From a virus: 64,000 nucleotides of DNA. A program made the translations under genes and the position numbers. Under the pieces are notes generated by a model that saw only the letters and a program-made list of their open reading frames with translations, was not told the origin of the DNA and did not search any database. The stretch lies in IMG/VR virus record IMGVR_UViG_3300042901_002277; one strand, 5' to 3'. This document shows positions 58,801-64,000 of the stretch, piece by piece (within the stretch, counting starts at the first letter, position 1; each line of letters begins with the position of its first letter).

Positions 58801-61800
58801 AAAGTCAGACCAAATCAACACCCTTGGCGACTCTAGGCCCTTAGATGTATGTGCAGTCTGTATGTGCACGTACTCATCTCTGTTTTTAGGCAATTTAGCC
58901 TTATCCGTGATAACTCTGTCCAAGGCGTCGCGAAGTTCTTCAAACGAATACTTGTCAAGTATCTTTCCAAGCATGTTCAGTCGATTGTTATCTTTTTTCT
59001 CAATCGCTTTATTGAATTCATCTAGGGTTGTTATACCGTCTAGGTCTTGGCTCTCCTTCGGCTTGCCAAAATTTTGCTTGCCATCAACATCCGTGAAGTA
59101 ACCCGTTCCAGTTGCTGAAGTTGTCATGTACTCAATGTTGTCAATGAACGCACTAAGGTCGTCTTTGAAGTTTTTGCTGCCATAGACAGTTCTACCTTTT
59201 TCAAAGCTATCCAGCGTTGCTGCTATTCCTCCGCCGTTAGACCTTGTCAAAATCATTGTTGGATTACTGATTGAGCCAACTCTTCCATCTACAGGTCGTC
59301 CGGACTTGTCTGTTTTTCTACCGTTCATTCGCTCGGTTCTTCCGAGCAAATTCAAGAACCTATTTCCCCTATCGGCTATTTCTTTTCCAAATCTGAAGGA
59401 GTCGGTAATTGGCATGTCGTATTTTGCATATGCATCAGCAAGGGTTTTCCCGTCAGCCCCACGCCACGCGTTAATAGCCTGGTTCGTATCTCCGATGTAA
59501 ATTCGCTGAATACCATTTGAGTTACGCAATATTCCGGCAAAAACAGGATTCATATCCTGGGCCTCGTCGACCATTGCCACGTTTACTCCCTCGGAGTCAC
59601 CAATGTCAGGATTCGTTAAAGCCCACATCTTTGTTACATGCATGTTCGTCATCGGAAGCATGCCCTTACCCGAGTCGCTGCCTTTTGGAGCAACTCGCGG
59701 AGTATTCATGTCTTCCCACATCTTTTTAGCAAATGGGAGAAGTTCTGCGATAATTTCAGGATTTTCTACGGCCATTTTGCCGTTGTACTTTCCCGCGAAG
59801 TGCTGTGAGCCAATTTCTGTATCACCACTAATTGCAAAGGCATCTACAGCTTTTGCGACTCTCTTGTACACATCTACTGCTGTTAATTCTTTACCTTCGT
59901 CAACAGTCCCTCTTGTGCCCAGGTAGGTTGCTCTGTCTACGAATCTCATTATTGGTTTTATATATGCGCTGTCTTTGGAGAAACTCTTTGCCGTCATTTC
60001 CGGATTGATTGTACGCATTGCGTTGTATGAAACGCCGTCCATCGTCATTACCTTGACATTGTCCGGCATCCCTCTCTTGCCAGCATCGTCTTTTGCATTT
60101 GCGTTGAAGACCAAATACAGAGCTCTAGCTGAAGGTTCTGTATCTTTGAGTCGTTCTGCAAAATTTATTACCGTAGTAGTTTTTCCGGTTGCTGCAAGAG
60201 CTGAAATCTTTACATCATCTCCAGTCATCATTGCGTCTATTGCATTCGACTGCTCCGGAGTTGGCTTTCTGCCACCAGGTGCATTTGGGTAGTCGTATTC
60301 AGGTACGTCTGCCAGGTCAATAATTTCTCTTCTCTTTCCAGAGAATGGAGCGCTTGGTGATTTTGATGTAGAAGTTTTTGGAGTACTATCTGGTTTTGCC
60401 CCACCGAACATTCTGTCCAATGTCGACCATTGTTTTTCAGAAAGCTTTCCGTTTCTGCGGTACTGACGAGCAACGCTTGCGGCGAAAGTCTCTGTTCCGT
60501 CAGGCTTGCGAGCCGAGGCTGATTCAGCAGCTTCTATCAATCTTTTTTGTTTAGCTGAATCAGGAATCGCACCAGAAGAAAGTTTTCCGTCATCAACAGG
60601 CTTGGAACGTTTTTCGTTGACAGAGGCAATTTCTCCCTCCATGTGGAACCGAGCCTGCGCCCAATCTCCCGCATTAACAAGCCTCTCAAATCTTGCTCGC
60701 GACTTATCTGTTGGACCCTCTAAGTCAAGGTTTCTCTCTTCTAGTGCGTTGGCGATAATTTCGTCAAGTTCACCCATGAGGCCCAGGTATGCGCGTGCCC
60801 GACCATTAATCGGGCCATCATTGATTTCGTCTCCGTTGACTCGGGATTTTAACGCGCGAAGGTCCGCTAGTACCGGCTTCCAAGCGGCAAGTCTCTCTGT
60901 CTCACTACCAAATTGATTACCAGAAGAAAGTTTGCCTTCTGAATTAAGCTTGCGAAGTTCCTGAAGGTCTGGTCCTTTTGCTGCACCAGCACCAGCTTTT
61001 TTCTTTTTCTTTTTCTTTTTCTTTAGTGTGTCTGCATCCAAAAGACCAATGTCGTTCAGGTATTCGTTGAGGGTGGCGATGTCTTCTTTTGCCCAGTCCT
61101 GCGTGTCTGGGTACTTAGACTTGACGTCTGCTCTAAGGGCCGATTCAATTCCGTCCCAGTTGTCTGAGTCATCCCTGCTGTGCGCATCAAGATAGGCGCT
61201 AACCGATTTTGCATAGCTTGAATACCAGTTGCTGTATTCTTGCGAAGCTTTTTGCTTCTCGTTGAACTTTTCAGGACGCTTTCTTACGGAATCGCCATTC
61301 CACATAACACGTGCTTGGTTGACTCCGATTTCGCGACCACGGAGATAGTCAGAACTTAAATTGTTATCTGCGTTGTAGCGTGGAACTTCTTCCCAGCCAA
61401 GACCCTGCTCATCCCATGCTTTAGCGATTGCTTCGTGGTCTACGCGCTTCTGATTTTCTTCAGCATTTGGGAATTGCTTTTCCATGTCGGCAGAACGGTC
61501 TGCATGGCGACGCTCATTACGCTTGCCAGAAGAGAGTTTTTCTGTATCAGCAAGTTCGGCTCGCTGACTCATCTGCCTCTTTGATGGCTTCGGTGAATTG
61601 ATGGAGCCAGGACCAGAAGGCGTTGGGTCGGGTTGTTCCCATGGCGTGCCGTCGCCGACCATGCTATTTAGGTTTGCGTCTTCGACTGTTCTTGGGTCCC
61701 AGCCTGGAGGCGGATTTATACCGGAACCACGAGAGCGACGACCCCTTTTACCGCCAAGATTTGGTCGGTCAATTCCTCGGCTTGCAATCGCACGACCGAT

Positions 61801-63507
61801 ACGGCGGCCAAGTGCTTTTTCTTCTATTTGCTCAGAAGCTATTTTTTTTTTTAGAAATTCATAAGCAGAAGATGCAGCTCTAGTTATAGCGTCCTTCGAC
61901 TCTTCGCTGAGCGGTGAGTTAATCACGATTCCGTACTCGTTGACGGTTGTGTCAATTCTGTGGTAATCAAGAACTGGGTCAATTACCGACTTGAATTCAA
62001 AGGCGTCTTCAAGATTTACTGGAATGACGTATGACGAGTCTTGAGCCAAGAATGGGTCGAGACCCTTTTCCTCAAGCTCTTGCTCCTCTACGCCCCACTC
62101 CTCAAGAGTCTTATAAGAGCGACGCTTTCTACGGCGCTTCTTCACCGTGTTACGCAAAACCCCAAGAATGAATTCTCCAGGGTACTTCGCTTCGATGTCC
62201 TCAACCATCTTGATTTCTTCGTCATCAAGAATGTCGTTGTATTCCTTCTTGCCAAATCCGACAACAACTCCATCTGGGATGATTGCAAATCGGCACTTGC
62301 CCTCGTCTTCGACTTTAAGGCCAAGAATCTTGCACTTGCCTTCGCCTTGGTAGAGGACGCAATTTGAGCACTTTACGCCGATGTCTTTTACTTTGTTCTC
62401 GGCAGGCGGGTAATATCCAGCCCAAATTCCATCACCATCTTCGTCAAACTTTCCGTACTTGCGAGCGATACGAACAAGCGATTCGGCAAGCTCGCTCTCT
62501 TCTGCACCAAGCTCTGGCTTTTTGTTCTTGTCAGAACCTTCGTACTCAACAGGCGCCAATGGAACCATGACCATTCCGCCATTAACTGGCTTCATTGCTA
62601 CAGGCATTGCCATTGCAGGGTTATTTGTCGACGGCTTATTCGGTTTGCCCATAATCCCAGGCATTGGCGAAGGGCCAGACTGGACTGGCGGTTTTGCCTG
62701 TTCTGCGTGAATTAATTCTGGCTTGCCAAACATGTACTCGCTTCCAGTGAAGTGGTAACCAATTCTGAATTTTCCTTTTCCTGGCTTCACAAAAACCACA
62801 GAGTTCTCAGTCGCTTCAACAACCATGACTGGTCCTGCGGCGCGGCGTGAAAGTTCGGCAACCACTCCTGCAAGCTGTGGTCCACTTATTCTTTGTGAAA
62901 CACCTTCGTCAAACAGTCCGTCTCGTCGTGGCTCTGATGATGGAGCGCTTATTGACATAGGCATCATCCCATGCATCTTCTCTTCATCGCTCTTTACGGA
63001 AATTGTTCCAGTTAGTTGGTTCGCGCCGTGAAGAACAGGGGAAACCTCGTAGAGTTCTACTTCGTAGAGAACGTTTGCTTGCAGGTTGTCGTCGTACTGC
63101 GCTCTAAGAGTCTTGTAGCCGATTGACCACTCTTGCTCTTCGCCAAAGAAAGCCACGTTCGCAAATGCTTCTTTGCCCTTTTCTGACTGCAGGTTGAATT
63201 GAACCTTTGCGTACAATCCGCCAATTCCAGCCATTTTCATCTTCATAGGAAGGCGTGGGTCGGAAGCAGGGACTTCGTATATTTCAAGGACCTTACCAAT
63301 TGGGTCGTTCCAGTTGTGGCCCCATACAACACGTGGCTTACGACGCTGAAGGCTCTTAGCAAATGCACCAGTAGCGCAAATGTCACCAACAGAGTCTTTG
63401 TTGCCTATTCCGGAAACAAAACATTCAACAATTCCTTCAAGCTCATCTAGCTTGATGAGACCATTCGAGGCCTTGTATTGAATGTTTCCGAAGTTAGAGT
63501 TTGGCAT
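52816..63507 (-). CDS. giant prohead protease fusion / polyvalent protein (HK97 protease, SF1 helicase, HTH x2, ArdC-zincin, WYL)
   Basis: DSVGD..GAF, WGH, WSIGY, LYEVSPV..GAN; AATGKTT/DEAQD/KGLE/YVAVTRA; PW..N..YSGIN/HELMH/EELVAE; WYL pattern. Confidence 0.9.
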   Translation of the reverse strand: MPNSNFGNIQYKASNGLIKLDELEGIVECFVSGIGNKDSVGDICATGAFAKSLQRRKPRVVWGHNWNDPIGKVLEIYEVPASDPRLPMKMKMAGIGGLYAKVQFNLQSEKGKEAFANVAFFGEEQEWSIGYKTLRAQYDDNLQANVLYEVELYEVSPVLHGANQLTGTISVKSDEEKMHGMMPMSISAPSSEPRRDGLFDEGVSQRISGPQLAGVVAELSRRAAGPVMVVEATENSVVFVKPGKGKFRIGYHFTGSEYMFGKPELIHAEQAKPPVQSGPSPMPGIMGKPNKPSTNNPAMAMPVAMKPVNGGMVMVPLAPVEYEGSDKNKKPELGAEESELAESLVRIARKYGKFDEDGDGIWAGYYPPAENKVKDIGVKCSNCVLYQGEGKCKILGLKVEDEGKCRFAIIPDGVVVGFGKKEYNDILDDEEIKMVEDIEAKYPGEFILGVLRNTVKKRRRKRRSYKTLEEWGVEEQELEEKGLDPFLAQDSSYVIPVNLEDAFEFKSVIDPVLDYHRIDTTVNEYGIVINSPLSEESKDAITRAASSAYEFLKKKIASEQIEEKALGRRIGRAIASRGIDRPNLGGKRGRRSRGSGINPPPGWDPRTVEDANLNSMVGDGTPWEQPDPTPSGPGSINSPKPSKRQMSQRAELADTEKLSSGKRNERRHADRSADMEKQFPNAEENQKRVDHEAIAKAWDEQGLGWEEVPRYNADNNLSSDYLRGREIGVNQARVMWNGDSVRKRPEKFNEKQKASQEYSNWYSSYAKSVSAYLDAHSRDDSDNWDGIESALRADVKSKYPDTQDWAKEDIATLNEYLNDIGLLDADTLKKKKKKKKKAGAGAAKGPDLQELRKLNSEGKLSSGNQFGSETERLAAWKPVLADLRALKSRVNGDEINDGPINGRARAYLGLMGELDEIIANALEERNLDLEGPTDKSRARFERLVNAGDWAQARFHMEGEIASVNEKRSKPVDDGKLSSGAIPDSAKQKRLIEAAESASARKPDGTETFAASVARQYRRNGKLSEKQWSTLDRMFGGAKPDSTPKTSTSKSPSAPFSGKRREIIDLADVPEYDYPNAPGGRKPTPEQSNAIDAMMTGDDVKISALAATGKTTTVINFAERLKDTEPSARALYLVFNANAKDDAGKRGMPDNVKVMTMDGVSYNAMRTINPEMTAKSFSKDSAYIKPIMRFVDRATYLGTRGTVDEGKELTAVDVYKRVAKAVDAFAISGDTEIGSQHFAGKYNGKMAVENPEIIAELLPFAKKMWEDMNTPRVAPKGSDSGKGMLPMTNMHVTKMWALTNPDIGDSEGVNVAMVDEAQDMNPVFAGILRNSNGIQRIYIGDTNQAINAWRGADGKTLADAYAKYDMPITDSFRFGKEIADRGNRFLNLLGRTERMNGRKTDKSGRPVDGRVGSISNPTMILTRSNGGGIAATLDSFEKGRTVYGSKNFKDDLSAFIDNIEYMTTSATGTGYFTDVDGKQNFGKPKESQDLDGITTLDEFNKAIEKKDNNRLNMLGKILDKYSFEELRDALDRVITDKAKLPKNRDEYVHIQTAHTSKGLESPRVLIWSDFRGPKKDDLGNVVFPDEQELRLSYVAVTRAEEELDLGSLGWIEKYDSDAEVSLSGLSSGRTDSDRPVPMDDREREMFNRNAAFIDILDDMLPEGESWDDWVFNEFVDADGTDEEKYESVYGPTTEQELIDYAKPERRSDASDQEYFESIYEEAAPIDKLQYVAENYKPAGAEYGSAEHQEAFKQKLSDSGLTSRFSSGMRKFDELDEIDKQQAAKNLADEIGRVIGGADSDPDFDYGFRKFIDDSGDYERGDNVDAIRDNYASFLVDAARDGDWQTLEDHDVDLSSLLEYTPEAHPDREMMLELDKDDREWADMMSEMRRDLSSDGSSEDEVERILDHWLYSSDSPKQEEYLDEYREQGDNYSDNFNRAAKAMYQDYLERLYDNRQDRNLSSGRISEEQESRISDREVFERRMAGESLAETAKALGMKREEVRQAEMRHMARERGTLQTPDFDDIEAYREDQARMAAEEAAELALNESIYLRRMGGESLAATAEALGMSREDIRTREQKHMQLMRSMDKEAKRWLDRDGAFSSGRKDYVSPLDDLEVGQRLSSGKLDEVYRSVQSNLIEQIEKIQESGDGKWEFPWHKTSLPKNVTNNNRPYSGINSVMLMFKQDAMGYDMPLWAGFNQWKKEGGTVRKGEKGTLILIPTIIPKKKDADGNEIRGSGGVFFKTGHVFNIDQIDGIDKEKFRVPELPEEERVAELEQALSEVGAVVNTGGDRAFYRPSTDEIHLPPFSAFKSREGYYAVFAHELMHWTGHPSRLNRDHLGEFGSPEYAQEELVAEIASAFFMAAHGLTPEPREDHAQYLAGWLKKLKSDPDAMKKAFGEAQKAHDYAISKSPSMSAKLGKKVAESGVLPGNNDGGYGDIGPSLSSGKREKYVRNPEGTIRTLADEMGAFGDELLTRFDMARGGRINDRHYFVGRADFEESRASDNEWDITEGENGLWSAALLRLEFNEDSDRDWAGVVSDEYDSPEDVARWISDYEDTRKAWAKKFKEETDFEKISSMLDEETARRDAEYQDSIRIVNERYDRQQYTRMIAEIDESRLEWSAEDWADEASDIRMELARENGRLSSGVRSRYDETPVETIGTVSNALKRTDEAGSNSRYIASRLAPVPADKYDFDSIRRNGESVSFTYGGKPRTIYPTGMMAKKGGGIYVVGLDDDQGQYRSYSLHKIEGLVDGADAPYNPTQPGVPRGTPGARAQRTRNVTSGRLSSGRIRPLDEVRAEIEDDARYESMVVQNAFGGRLGTEKKGEFRVTIPLEDHAEAVQSLDRLVALRNDLLRSLLDGKRMPAGSSIFEIDKYAPVAEDEMDLLVDIDDAIDRIHDELRRTEETLSGLNDEIEDMKGSISELEDAFRTTTRMGARDIPGPVDFESAMERNIDLADGDNERAIDLIKSDADSIIYALEEIDDVEDRFSTVTHEEQIAEIKELIDSADRGDLTPQEFASKLGDLYVKNVNGLEDELSDLFSTQTFFEDNGVAIDREDITGTPDDVFSPRNLSNFDMVEGDAAEFSSGRRNRTQGSKRRPMADADRQAFADGVRQRAATIPSKRRPGPSKDEFGTDRLSSGRLRFPNSETRNSVGNYLQDKVKIKFGKMSGNNDRSPDGKWMLDAKKLEQILRDEDGNPLDREQSAKFLGVSEIELEKMFQDGAGISEIDAYEFIDRAFFNGRDPGRSYETLEAVWGFDAAPYWYDRRRGNQLSRAEYEDYKEEGIAMYPLYAPIDFELPEEFVAREVSKSAFPVSALAESFGVESDDDLAEAITFEVDGEEIKPTAIQLKKWKKEGVPTSIIEQLVDKGIIPSAGDVFGEEGVKFDNSIRQFDLWKNITDTLARRGKRVKGRELDEVIGATKVQTRLKAFEEGKEGKFSKNTGKALRYSDDEVQVIVDRLNTMFDTDETVESIKSGGSLSSGRRAARRISNTGQEAVEKLASGRKNNGAPENITPRMQNEIMGWAENATWSNFAQSLVSQFKAQGFLSPTQWTSLLRLHDNSKSRR

Positions 63508-63626
63508 AGCGCTCCTTGGTTACAAACGATATTAGAGTAACAACGAGCGCGCTCACAGCAAGTATTGGTACAAAATCAAATAGTTTCAGTAAACGATTTG
63601 GAAATCTGTTGTTTTACTGAAAGTCC

Positions 63627-64000
63627 CTAAATGAACTGGCCAAACTTCCACGCTCTTCGCGATTCGTCTTCTGCAATTTCAAATCTTTGCTTAGCCATGA
63701 GGTTCGCATACATGCTTACAAGCGCACCACGGAAAGATGCTGCTCTCTCCTCTTCGCCCATGACAGCCAATGAGTTAAACATCATTGAGGAAACCTGGTT
63801 AAAGTTTTCAAGATTCATACTCTTTATGCGCGACATTTGCGAATCAATCTGAGCGTTGAGGTCCGACTGATTTATACTCTTTTCCGACTTCTGACCGTAC
63901 CCATCGTTATACATATTGAACGAGTCCTGGATAATTGCAGAAATGACAGGCCTTATATCCTCGTCCATCTGCTTGTCCCATACCTCGGGGGAGAGTATGG
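63627..64000 (-). CDS. C-terminal part of upstream head gene (possibly portal), partial
   Basis: Frame open to window edge; position immediately upstream of protease. Confidence 0.45.
   Translation of the reverse strand, partial: ILSPEVWDKQMDEDIRPVISAIIQDSFNMYNDGYGQKSEKSINQSDLNAQIDSQMSRIKSMNLENFNQVSSMMFNSLAVMGEEERAASFRGALVSMYANLMAKQRFEIAEDESRRAWKFGQFI

Noticed and set aside
44650-63507. Many + strand Ser-rich ORFs
   Set aside because: Antisense shadows of the acidic giant proteins
52816-63507. SSG motifs as DNA repeats or intein junctions
   Set aside because: Synonymous codons differ between copies; no C/S...HN intein ends

Overview
This is a 64-kb segment of a large tailed-phage genome with an HK97-fold capsid. 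The host is most likely an actinobacterium, inferred from two WhiB genes, an actinobacterial-type ferredoxin and SSB, leaderless starts and GAAC-N4-GTTC boxes. It has three zones. (1) 1-17.8 kb is an array of short, mostly minus-strand genes. It carries 20 copies of a phage-specific promoter (TTTTGGAAATTTGGTATC-N8-TANNNT) and about 38 copies of the heptamer AGCCCCG/CGGGGCT, neither seen elsewhere in the window. It also holds a perfect parS palindrome, two LexA-like boxes, two structured non-coding RNA candidates, a SNF2 helicase and DUF932. (2) 17.8-38.5 kb holds replication, metabolism and tRNA genes: SSB, primase-helicase, class II RNR, 2OG-Fe(II) oxygenases, ferredoxin, four normal tRNAs and one D-arm-less tRNA-like gene. 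(3) 38.5-64 kb is the head module: major capsid protein, several head-associated proteins, a ~2180-aa zincin/ART-like protein and a 3563-aa prohead-protease fusion. The cargo domains of that fusion (SF1 helicase, tandem HTH, ArdC/zincin, WYL, unknowns) are separated by 14 exact [L/F]SSG motifs, and an A11 slippery run lies just upstream of the cargo. The best candidate for an undescribed system is this protease-anchored, motif-punctuated polyprotein. All domain calls are by-eye motif recognition, and no searches were run.
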